NCBI RefSeq assembly: GCF_009914755.1
Contig: NC_060930.1
Length of the DNA: 64,000 nt
Reading direction: 5' to 3' (one strand)
From: the human T2T-CHM13v2.0 reference genome, Homo sapiens
Positions 40,713 to 52,253 of this stretch are shown here, piece after piece. The notes below the pieces were generated by a model that saw nothing but the letters and a program-made list of their open reading frames with translations, searched no databases and was not told where the DNA came from. A program made the position numbers and the translations under genes. How positions within the stretch are numbered: position 1 is the stretch's first letter; every line of letters begins with the position of its first letter.

Positions 40713-43700
40713 AAAAGCTGAGGTGAACTCTGGAGGAGCTAACTGCTGGAGGCTGTCAGCTAACCACACTCCTCCCAGCTGAGCAGTGAATCCTCTCTGT
40801 AAGACGGATACTAACAGTGCATATCTGTGCCTGTCGAAACCAGTGTAAAAAAAAAAAAAAAGTTATATTTCTACCACACTCCATAGGCTAAAATCAATTC
40901 CAAATGGATGAAAAGGTAAAATGCAAAACAATGAAAGAAATAAATAACTGTTTTTCAAGACTTGTAAAATATTCAGCTGGGCAAAGGCATAACATGAAAA
41001 GTAGAAGTAGAAAGGGAAAATAATAAATAAATTACATAAAAATCACAAACCCCATATATCTTAAAACAACATAAACCAAATTTGAAGGCAAATGATAAGT
41101 TTGAATTAAATAACTAAAGCAAATATTAAAGATAATGGTCATTTATTTTGAATAAGGTCTTGTTGCAACTCAGTGAGAAAAAGATAAATATTCCAACAAA
41201 CATGGCTAAAGATGTGAATATGTTGTTGTTAAAGAAGAAAACCAAAAGTAATAAACATGAAAAAATATAATCACTATCATAATAATACAAATTTAAGAAA
41301 GACACATTTTCCTACCAGATTGGCACAATATATCCAGAGTTGGCAAAGACAGCAAAATGAAGACTTGCATATATCACCTTAGAACTTTTTTTTTAACAAT
41401 AAAATATCTAAATTAAAATTCCGCTTTTTGGTCATAACAAAATATGTTCATGAAGACAGAATCATGTTAATTGTTTTCTGAGAGCTAATGATATATCATT
41501 GACTAAAATATATTAAAAATATAAAATAATTATACAAAGTTAATATAATAAATAATACATAGTTTAAAAATGAATAATCCTCAAGTTTAGATTATGCTTG
41601 TAGACAATGAGGATTGTGACCTAGTGACCTAAAATAACTGATCCTAACAGGCTTTGAGAAGGCAGCAATAGATAAAGCAATAGCAAGGAGAATCGATGTT
41701 CCTCCTTGTAACCTCAGAAAGGCGAAAGAGGGTCCATAGGAATTAGCTGAGAAAAAAAAAAATACATGATTCTTCAATAGGAAGAACTGATGCTGATGTA
41801 AATGGAAAAGTAATAAGGAGGCAGTGTGGTGCAGTGTAAAAAACACTATGGTTGGAGTCTGGCCTCCATTCTAGGACTAGGAGGCATATTTCCTGGAGTG
41901 AATTGCTGGAGTCCTCCTGTTTCCTCAGTTATTGCCACCTAATGTCCTGATGTCCCTTCTTTTATTCTTGTCTTCCCACCAATTATTCTTCATATCACTT
42001 CTAAAAGAATCTCCTCTGATTTCTCCAAAGAAGAAACTTCCTGAGGATCTTGCATCTTTGTATCACTCCGGCTGCATGCTCTTGCCATAAAGAACTACTT
42101 ACAGTTTCATTAATGTATTAGAGGCTCTCACTCTTTCTTGATTTTGCTCATGCTATTTGCTCCCTGGGATTTCTTTTCTTTACGTTAGTAAACTATTACA
42201 TTTTGCTTATCCTTAAAATGCAGATCAAGTATCACATCTGCCTCAGAACCTTCCGAGACGTTTCCTTTATGAGTTTTTAGTAACATCTTGTGCATGCTTT
42301 GGGGATCAATTATACACTTAATTAACCTGTGGAAATCCAGTTATATGCAGGCAATCAAGAGAAGGAAAGAATTTAAATAGTGCAAGTAAGTGAGCCACCT
42401 ATCATTCTATTCTGCAAGTGTCAGCCACAGAGTGACAATAACATGGAAAACCTGAATCTGTTCTTCTTCAGTGGGTCTCAGAACCTACATATTGCTTACA
42501 GGTTGGACAGCCTGCATTGCTGAATGTGGTGCTATTTTTAAATGGGCATATTTCATAAAATCTGGCAATGGATACAAATTAACTTCATCTGATGCGCAAC
42601 TGAAAAAAAAAAAACAACTATCCGTTCTAAATGCTTGAGGAAAAACGAGCTGGTTGTTTAAATTCATTGCAAAAAGATATGTAAGTCACCAACCTAACAC
42701 CTTCTGTCGCATTTTTAAGGACAATTTTGTTTACATAAACTTTTTTGACTTACGTGTTAACTTTACATTCTAAGCCCACTGAAGATGTGACTTTTCTTTA
42801 CCAATTTTATAGTTTTTTTCCATCATACTGAATTTTTTATTTATATGGTTATGAGCTCATTGAGGAATCTGTCCAGAATACACCAGGTGTTCAATAAATG
42901 TTTGTAAAGTGAATGAGCAAATTGTGTGGCTTATGATCTCAAGGACTGGCCCTCTGCTAGAAAACAGCTATGTAATCTGACAAGTATATATGTCAAGACG
43001 TGAAATAATGCCAAATAGTGCTCTTTAGGAATCTCGCAGATAACAGAAGCTTTCAAAAGTCATGTCCCTCAAATTTTCATCATGTCAAATTATTGTGTCA
43101 TGGCAAAAATATTCAGAATAAGTGAAGGTCCGAGCCCTCTTTAATTCAAACAGAACAAATATTCACTTATTTTTCCCGGTCTTAGACCAAGCTATGCAAG
43201 CTGTTCATAAATAATAACACTGATCTTTCAAAGCATTTAACTTATCATTTAATAAAAAGTTTATTTGCAACTCTACTGACAGCTCTGTATGAATGGAAGT
43301 ATGAGTGTTTTAGAATTTTTCAAATGAGTTGAAAATTTTATTTATTTTATACTTATTTTATGTATGTAACAGTAAATCCACCCAGGACTGCATAGATGTA
43401 TAATATGATGAATTATCTTTAAAATATATAGATGTATTACATATGGAGGAATTTTTTAATACTAGAAAAAGAAAAGGATCATAGCATTAAGTTGAAAAGT
43501 AATTATCCAATTCACCAAGAAATGTAAAATAAATAATTTCTGCACATCAGGTCATACTTACCTCCCAGGGTTATTGTGAGGGTTTAGTTAATATTTGTGT
43601 GTATTATAACATCTATAAATGCTTAGAACATATTGTTATGGACATTATTAGCATTGTAACAAACAATTATCTGCTTTATAAATATAGAAAGGTCTAGAGT

Positions 43701-45037
43701 TTGGTTTTTTCTTTTCTTTTTAAACTCCTGTCAATAAAATAGTCATCTGTTCTGCATGAAAAGATTTAGGGTTTTTTACATTTGAGACTCTAACTGCCAA
43801 ACTACAGGGTAGACTTTATGATATGTTTCTTTAACCACAGAAGAAAGAGGTTATGTCTTCCAAAAGTCCTGTTTATTTGTTCTATTTAAACTTCATTAAA
43901 ACACTTCTTTCTCACTATGGCATTGTTCCATCAAAATTGTTACAGATAATATTATGCATACTAGTTTGAAGGAAAGCTAGCAATTTTTATGCAGTTTTCT
44001 AGAATATTAAATATGTATTATAAAAAGGAAAGAGAAGAGTCAGTCACAAAAGATTATTTTGAAATATGAGAAAGGCATATTTAACAATAAAGAAAATTGA
44101 ACTGAAAGTAAGGTCTGAGGGTCACTCTTGTTGAGATACCTTGTAGTCCTTACTGAAAGATTCACATGCTGAACAATCACGAGAGTGACTACTATGCCCA
44201 GAATGTAAAATTTGATGTTCCTCACATCAAATTTTACTTTGATACGGCTTGCTTTGCCCCTCTACAAACTGACCTGCTCATTAACTCCCCTGTGATTGCA
44301 GCTGTAAAAAATATTATTTGTAAATTGCTTCTAAAGATATTCCTTATACTTGAAACAATTAAGAAAGTGTCTAGTTGCCCTATTCTTGTGTATTTAAAGG
44401 ATATCACTTTTGTGAACTTTCCTAGAATAAGACAAGTCTTCTTTTTCAGTCCAGAGGCACCTGCTAACTTATTTTATGGAAAAAAAGGAAATCACTAATT
44501 TAATCTCTAGAAGGGCATCCCATTCTACATTTATGTGGCATAAGTTCAGAGATTTGTAGACGGCCTTGGCCCTTGTACTGTTGGAACAAGGATGGTATAA
44601 CAAAAATAATGATGGTAGTGGGAGGATGGTCAATTTGATGGGGATGGTAGGGATTGGTCCCCACAGCTGTAGAGGGCACTCACAGGTTTTTTTTTTCTAT
44701 TTTTCAAATGTTCTCCCTAGGGGAAGAAAATGCTATTTTTATTTAGTTGCCAAACAAACTGAGCCAACAAATTGTGCTAGCTATACATATATTTATATGT
44801 ACAGCTATATTTCTTGTGTTGTGGGAATTGCTACACACCTTCTAAAATATCATGATGTGATGTCACAAGAAGATTAGGACAAGTTGTAGGGTGTGTATTT
44901 GTGTGTAGGAGGGAGGTCATTATAGTGAAGGGGAAGGAAGGAAACATGTTTCCCATTACACCTAAAACTATGCATTTAGTGACAATGCTATTTCTTTCTT
45001 TTACATAATGGCCCAATATGTAAATGATATTATAATA

Positions 45038-45161
45038 TTAGGTTGGTACAAATGTAATTGTGGTTCTTGCCATTAAAAGTAATGGCCATTAAACTTAATT
45101 AAAACTTTAATGACTTTAAAACTAATAGCAAAAAATGGCAATTATGTTTACACCAACTCAA
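45038..45161. mobile_element. MADE1 mariner MITE with an expanded centre
   Basis: TIRs TTAGGTTGGTACAAATGTAATTGTGG / GCAATTATGTTTACACCAACTCAA with TA flanks. Confidence 0.85.
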
Positions 45162-45629
45162 TACATACAAGATATTAACTAAGGAAAGAAAATATTTAGT
45201 TTTTTTCTCTATAATACCTGGTCCTAATTGCTATTCACCACAAAAATTATTTTGTGTCTTCTTTTGCTTACACACAAATAAAATGTAATTCTATAACGAT
45301 CTCCCCTCCTTTCGAAGTCTAGAAGTTCTTTGAGGTCAAGGACTAGCTTATTTATACAAATTGAATCATAGAACTACATTGTAAACTCAGTAAATGTTTA
45401 CAAAAACTAGATGAAATTTAAAAACAACAATTTAAAGGTAATAGAAAGTATCCAAAAGCACACAAAATTAGAAGAAAGGTTTACTCTTAAGAACCTGTTA
45501 TGTGAGAGTCAAGAACTGTGAATTTGTGGCTTTTTTTCCCTCAAAAATGTTCCCCATAGAAAATTGCAAACTTACTAGCTCAAGGTGGCAGGTAACAGAG
45601 TTCATTTAGGCTAAGACTTCACACATAAT

Positions 45630-48600
45630 ACAAAGAAAGCATGAGCTCTAAAAGAAATATTTGACAAACTGGACTTCATTGGCAAATGAAAACATGTGCA
45701 ACATTCATCAGGGGAATGTAAGTTAAAACACAGTGAGATACCACTAGACACCCACTAGAATGTCAAATAAAAAGCACAAAACCAACTTTTGCTAAGGATT
45801 TGGAGCAACTGGAACCCTCATAAACTTTTATTGAGACTGAAAAATGGTATTGATATTTTGGAAGGCAATTTGAGAGTTGGTATATTTAAATGTAAAATAA
45901 CCATGTGACCCTGCAATTTCACTCCTATGTATTTACTGAAAAGAAATGTACGTTTATATAAGACTTGAAATAGAATGTTCATAGCAGCTTTCTTTATAAT
46001 ATTCAAAAACTAGAAAGAAGCATCCATCCAGAAGTCAAGAGATAAACATCTGTATGATTAGATACTCTTCAGCAACATCAAGAACAAATTACTGATTAAC
46101 ATAACATGAATGGTGATATGGTTTGGCTTTGTGTCCCCATTCAGATCTCATTTTGAATTGTAATGCCACAATCCCCACATGTCCTTGGAGGGACCTGGTG
46201 GGAGGTGATTGAATCATGGGTGCAGTTTCTCCAATGCTGTTCTCATGATAGTAAGTTCTCATGAGATCTGATGGTTTTATAAGCATATGGAATTTCCCCT
46301 GATGGCACTCATCGTCTCTCCTGCCACCAAGTTTGCTTCCTCTCCTGCCAAAATTGTAAGTTTCCTGAGGCCTCCCCAGCCCTGCAGAACTGTGAGTTAA
46401 TTAAACCTATTTTCTTCAGAAATTACCCACTCTTGGGCAGTTCTTTATAGCAGCATGAGAATAAACTAATATAGTAAATAGTTACCGATAGAGTGGGGTG
46501 CTGCCATAAGGATACCTGAAAATGTGGAAACAACTTTGGAACTGGGTAATAGGCAGAGGCTGGAACAGTTTGGAGGGCTCAGAAGAAGACCAGAAAATAT
46601 GGGAAAGTTTGAAACTTCCTAGAGACTTGGAGGGCTCAGAAGACAGGAAGATGTGGGAAAGTTTGGAACTTCCTAGACAGTTGTTGAATGGCTTTGACCA
46701 AAATGATGATAGTGATATGAGCAACGAAGTCAGGCTGAGGTTGTCTCAGATGGAGATGAGGAACTTGTTGAGAACAGGAATAAATGTGATTCTTGCTTTG
46801 CTTCAGCAACGAGACTGTTGGCATTTTCCCCCTGCCCTAGAGATCTGTGGAACTTTGAACTTGAGAGAGATGATTTAGAGCATCTGGTGGAAGAAATTTC
46901 TAAGCAGCAAAGGATTCAAGAGGCACAGAAGATAAAAGTTTGGAAAATTTAAAATTTGCAGCCATTTTCTGGGGAGAAATTCTAGCTCAATGCAGAAATT
47001 TGCATAATTAACAAGGAACCAAATGTTAACCACCAAGAAAATGGAGAAAATGTCTCCAGGGCATGTCAGAGATCTTCATTGCAGCCCATCCCATCACAGA
47101 CCCAGAGTCCTAGCAGGGAAAAGTGTTTTCCTGAGCAGGGCCCAGGATGTCCCTGCTCTGTACAGCCTTGGGACATGGTGCCCTGCATCCCAGCTGCTTC
47201 AGCTCCAGCCGTGAAGGGGCCAAGGTACAGCTTGGTCCATTGCTTCAACGGATGAAAACTCCAAGCCTTGGTAACTTCTACCTAGTGTTGAGCCTGCAGG
47301 TGCACAGAAGTCAAGAATTGAGGTTTGGGAACGTCAGCCTAGATTTCAGAGGATGTAAGACAATGTCTGGATGTCCAGGCAGAAGTTTGTTGCAGGGGCA
47401 GAGCCCTCAGGAAGAATCTCTGCTAGGGCAGCGCAGAAGGGAAATGTGGGATCAGAGCTGCCACACAGAGTCTCCACTGGGGCACTGCCTAGTGCATCTG
47501 TGAGAAAAGGCCACCATCCTCCAGATCCCAGAATAATAGATCCACCAACAGCTTGCACTGTGCACCTAGAAAAGCTGCAGGCACTCAATGCCAGCCTGTG
47601 AAAGCAGCCAGGAGGGGTGCTGTATCCTGCAAAGCCACAGGGGTGCCCAAGGTTGTGGGAGCCTACCTCCTGCATCAGCATGACCTGGATGTCAGACATG
47701 AAGTCAAGGGAGATCATTTTGAAACTTTAAGGTTTAGTGACTCCCCTATTGGATTTTAAACTTGCATGGGGACTGTAGCCCCTTTGTTTTGGCCAATTTC
47801 TCCCATTTGAAGTGGGTGTATTTACCCAATGCCTGTACCTCCATTGTATCTAGGAAGTAGCTAACTTCCTTTTAATTTTGTATGCTCAGAGGCAGGAGGA
47901 ACTTGCCTTGTCTCAGGTGAGACTTTGGACTTGGACTTTTGGGTTAATGTTAGAATTAGTTAAAATTTGGGGGGACTGTTGGAAGGGCATGATTGTCTTT
48001 TGAAACGTGAGGATATGAGATTTATGATGGGCCAGAGGTAGAATAATGGTTAAGCTTTGTTCCCCCACCCAAATTTCATCTTGAATTGTAATCCCATAAT
48101 CCCCACTTGTCGTGGGAGGGACCTGATGGGAGGTAATTGAATCATGAGGGAAGTTTCCCCCATGCTTTTCTCGTGATGGTGAGTGAGTTTTCACAAGATC
48201 TGATGGTTTTACAAGCGTCTGTCATTTCCCTTGCTGGCACTCATTCTCTCTCCTGCTGCAATGTGAAGAAAGATGCATTTGCTACTACTTTCACCATGAT
48301 TGTAAGTTTCCTGAGGACTCCCCAGCCCTGAGGAACTGTGAGTCAATTAAACCTTTTTCCTTTATAAATTACTCAATCTCAATAAGAGCATGAGAATGGA
48401 CTAATTCAAATGGATTTATACCTGAGTAAAATAAACCACATGCAAAAGAGTACATACTGGCCCTTTGCATGAAGTTCTAGAAAATGCAAAGTAAATCTTA
48501 ATGAGAGAATGTAGATCACCATAGATTACTGGAACCCTAGAGTACAGGGGGTGAAGTTGGAGTAACCAGGTGTGTGGGGAGGTGTTGGGGGGGTGGAGAA

Positions 48601-48750
48601 CTATCAATTCCCAGGTATACTGGAGAGCTTTTATGCTGATGAAAATCTACACTTGATTGTGATGATGTTTACGTGATTACCTTTGTCCAAACTCATTTTA
48701 CTGTATACTTAAAGTGTGTGCAGTTTATTGTATATAAACTATACATCAGC
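45630..48750 (+). mobile_element. Old L1M 3' region split by the THE1 insertion
   Basis: GTGAGATACCACTAGACACCCACTAGAATG, CCCTGCAATTTCACTCCTA; resumes after 48413 with 3' UTR. Confidence 0.7.
46114..48408 (+). mobile_element. Full-length THE1 (THE1D-like) MaLR: LTR 46114-46473, internal, LTR ~48044-48408
   Basis: TGATATGGTTTGGC... LTRs; THE1 internal start GTAAATAGTTACC; 5-bp TSD AATGG (46109-46113 / 48409-48413). Confidence 0.92.
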
Positions 48751-48753
48751 CTA

Positions 48754-48811
48754 TTTTTTTTTTTTTTGAGACAAGGTCTCACTCTGTCACCCAGGCTGGA
48801 GTGCAGTAGCA
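48754..48811 (-). mobile_element. Alu 3'-end fragment
   Basis: T-run followed by GAGACAAGGTCTCACTCTGTCACCCAGGCTGGAGTGCAGT. Confidence 0.85.
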
Positions 48812-49189
48812 TACCTTCCAATGGATATTAAATAGAATGCCAAGAGCTGGAATTCCAGGGCCCTGGGTATAACCTTTACAACCAAGCCCATAAACCTACC
48901 TCTATCTCTTATCCTGCTTAAGGGATAGTTGGCAAAATCAGGTGACAATTCTGTCTGCTGCTGGCCAGGAAAATTGTTGTTGTTGTTTGTTTGTTGTTTT
49001 TCAGTTTTTTCTCGCAAATACGGAAGACTTAGACACAAGGTCAAGGAAAGACATCCAGATTTTGGCCTCAGACCTAAGCTAATTTCCCCAGTCTAGCTTT
49101 ACCAGTTAAAAAAATAAACAAATAAGGCAGATGCTTAACTGAAGCCTGAGTCTATCTGAACTGTTTAAAAGTCATGAGGAGTCATGGGG

Positions 49190-49534
49190 TGTGATATGTG
49201 CCAACTTTACTGGGTCATGGGGTGCCCAGGTATTTGGTTAAACATTATTCTGGCATGTCTGTGGGGAATTTGATGATATTAACATTTGAATCCATAGACT
49301 AAGTAAGGCAGATTGCCCTCCCCAATGTGATAGTTAGCATATAATCCATGAAAGGCCTAAATGGAACAAAAGATTGAGTAAGGGAGAATATGGTCTCTCT
49401 GCCTGACTGTCTTTGAGCTGGGACATTGGTTTTTCTCCTGCCTTTGGACTCAGAGCAAGACTGGAATTTATACCATCAGTTCTCCTGCATCACCAGCTTG
49501 CAGACTGCATATCTTAGGACTTCTCAGCCTCCAT

Positions 49535-49572
<38 letters not shown>

Positions 49573-49623
49573 TTGCCTATAAACAGTATTGTTCTGTTTG
49601 TCTGGAGAATTCAGACTAATACG
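49190..49623 (+). mobile_element. MLT2D-like ERVL LTR with internal (TG)n
   Basis: GGGTGCCCAGGTATTTGGTTAAACATTATTCTGG...GCAGATTGCCCTCCCCAATGTG...GACTAATAC. Confidence 0.85.
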
Positions 49624-51643
49624 TGGAATAAAGTAGTATAAACACCTGCCGTGCCCGCCCCTCCCCACCACACCACTAAGGCCTGGAAACCCTATTCACA
49701 TCTAACTCATACACAAATTGAAAATCAGTGGCTGGGGTAAAGTGCACTGAGGTCTCCAACCACAAGAATTATTCATATTCTGCATTTGATACTCTTTCAT
49801 ATAGATACTGAGCAAATAGTACTTTCAATAATATGAACAGAAAGTCATTTGGAGTCCTAAAACCAAAAGAAATATCTGCCTTCATGTTGGGCTTATTCCA
49901 TTCCTCAGGAATAAGTCATATTTAGAATAATTTTAAATTCAGGAATACAGGTATTTCAGACAGTCAAGATTTGCTCTAACCAAAGTGCCATTTACAAAAA
50001 GAGAATGTCATAGTCGCAATTTTAAGCTCTTCAACACTGTGTAGTAAACTGATTGATCTTTCTATTTTCTGCTCCCCCACCAACCTACTTCACATATACT
50101 ATGTGAGGTAAAATTACCAACTTCAAATTATTTTCGATATAGTTCCCATTTTTTCTTTCTGTGTGCCCTTATCCTTTAACACACTGCAAAAAAAAAAAAA
50201 AAAAAAAAAAAAGGAGTGACAGTCAAAACAAAAAGCATCATGAATTAGTCTATCTAAAAGAATTAACACGAGTTTTGAGGCATATGTATATTTTGCTCAA
50301 AATGTGTAAAATAAATGAGGAAGCCTTTATGTTGGTCTAATCCATTCTAAAAGCATTACCATGCCATAAAAATATATAACTACGTTATATATTTTGATTA
50401 TTTAACTATCCTAGGGAGTATATCTTATATAATACTTAAATCAAGTTTAAAGTTTAGTAAGAATTGTAAGAAATGTCTCTGTTATTCAATATTCCTTTTC
50501 TAAAAGGCGTTGATGCAATAGTCTGTCTGATGATTGACAGCCAATTGCAAAGGGGCCATACGTGTTGAGATGTTGGGCCTTTGAAGGACCCTCTTAGGCT
50601 CTACATCTCTTCTGTTAACATTTCACGAAACTGGATAATAGCTCCTTCTAACATCCCTTCTTGGTGGCCAAGGGGACTGTTTTTATTGGTAAATTCAGAA
50701 ATAGTAATAAAATAGAAGATTTGAAAATCCTCAAAGAGAACCAGAGTGAACAGTCTCCCTGATTCAACCACTGTTTGCAAATATTTATTTTTCATCTCTA
50801 AACCTCAGAGTGTGTTTGATTTGAAGCACTAAAACAGAAATTGCTCTGACCCACAGAAAATTTTTATGCTGAATAAACCACCTCATAAGCTGAAGCTTAA
50901 ACATTTACTGTGGATGCCTTCACACAGTGTTTCCCCTGTGAAGCATCTGGAATTCTGGCTTTCAATTGACTTAATTGTCATGTCACTTTGGAAAACTTCC
51001 AAAGACCTTAAGGAATTTAGGCTTTACATTATTGTAACAAAATTTTCCTAATTTTTATTTATTAAAAACACAATAACTCCCTTATCATCAAATTCACATG
51101 CTAAAGCTGGAAGAGACCTTGGAGATCATCTCATTTCATCTTTTTATTTGATATGCGTTTTTTGTAGGAAGAGATCTGGGTATGTTTTAGTAACATACTT
51201 AGCTTGACTCGGTGAAGGAAACTCACCTCTAAATGAGAGGCTCCACGTATTTCAGAGTATAGGCAAGTAATGGATCAAAGTTTTTGAATGAATATCATAA
51301 ATTCTTCCATCCACATCCTAGTTCTCTCCCTACTCCTTGACAGAATCATAGTGTCACCACCCTAAAGAATTTTAACTCAGTTTTATCCCCCAAAGGCTGT
51401 ACTGTGAAGATGTTTATTTTATTTCTCTTTTCTTTTTTAAAATTATTTTATATTGACACATAATAATTGTACATATTTATGAGGTACATGTGGCATTTCG
51501 ATACATGTGGCATTTCGATACATGCATACAATGTATAATGAAGAAATCGGGGTATTCAGGATCATCTATCATCTCAAACATTTATCATTTCTTTGTGTTG
51601 AGAATATTTCACAAATTCTAACCATTTTGAAATACAACTATAA

Positions 51644-51649
<6 letters not shown>

Positions 51650-51685
<36 letters not shown>

Positions 51686-51937
51686 TTGAGACGGAGTCTC
51701 GCTGTCGCCCAGGCTGGAGTGCAGTGGCGCCATTTCAGCTCACTGCAAGCTCCGCCCCTTGGGGTTCACGCCATTTTCCTGCCTCAGCCTCCCGCGTAGC
51801 TGGGACTACAGGCGCCCACCACCTCGCCTGGCTAATTTTTTGTATTTTTAGTAGAGACGGGGTTTCACTGTGTTAGCCAGGATGGTCTTGATCTCCTGAC
51901 CTCGTGATCTGCCCGCCTCGGCCTCCCAAAGTGCTGG
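51650..51937 (-). mobile_element. AluY, slightly 5'-truncated, with a (TAA)n tail
   Basis: TSD TATAAATTATT (51639-51649 / 51938-51948); GCAAGCTCCGCC, GTTCACGCCATT. Confidence 0.95.
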
Positions 51938-52134
51938 TATAAATTATTTTTAACTATAGTGACTCTACTGTGCTATTGAACACTGGAACTTCTATCTAAC
52001 TATCTGTTTTTACCAATTAACTGATCTATTTTCATCTCACCCTCCTCACTCTTTCCAGCACCTGGTAATCAACATTCTACTATTCTACTCTCTACCTCCA
52101 TAAGATCATCATTATTTCTGTCTGTCTGTTTTAA

Positions 52135-52253
52135 TTTAGAAACTAGGTCTTGTTGTGTTGCCCAGATTGGCCTCAAATGCCTGGGCTCAAGAAATCCTCC
52201 TGCCTCAGCCACATGAGTAGCTGGGACTATAGGTGCATGCCACCACATCTGAC
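52135..52253 (-). mobile_element. FLAM_A-like Alu monomer
   Basis: Single monomer GTTGCCCAGATTGGCCTCAAATGCCTGGGCTCAAG...GTAGCTGGGACTATAGG. Confidence 0.8.

Larger units (their letters stand above)
39174..40840 (-). mobile_element. LTR16-like ERVL LTR split in two (39174-39477 and 40713-40840)
   Basis: TTTCTGGGAAATAGAC...AAGTTTATTG...GTGACCTTGG...GCTGAGG, resuming GCTGGAGGCTGTCAGCTAACCACACTCC. Confidence 0.7.

Noticed and set aside
46570-46680. ~55-bp tandem duplication in the THE1 internal region
   Set aside because: The copies are diverged and, by recall, such a duplication occurs in THE1 internal variants, so it is likely inherited rather than locus-specific.
50188-50212. Isolated 25-nt poly(A)
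   Set aside because: No TSD, poly(A) signal or upstream retroelement; treated as a simple mononucleotide run.
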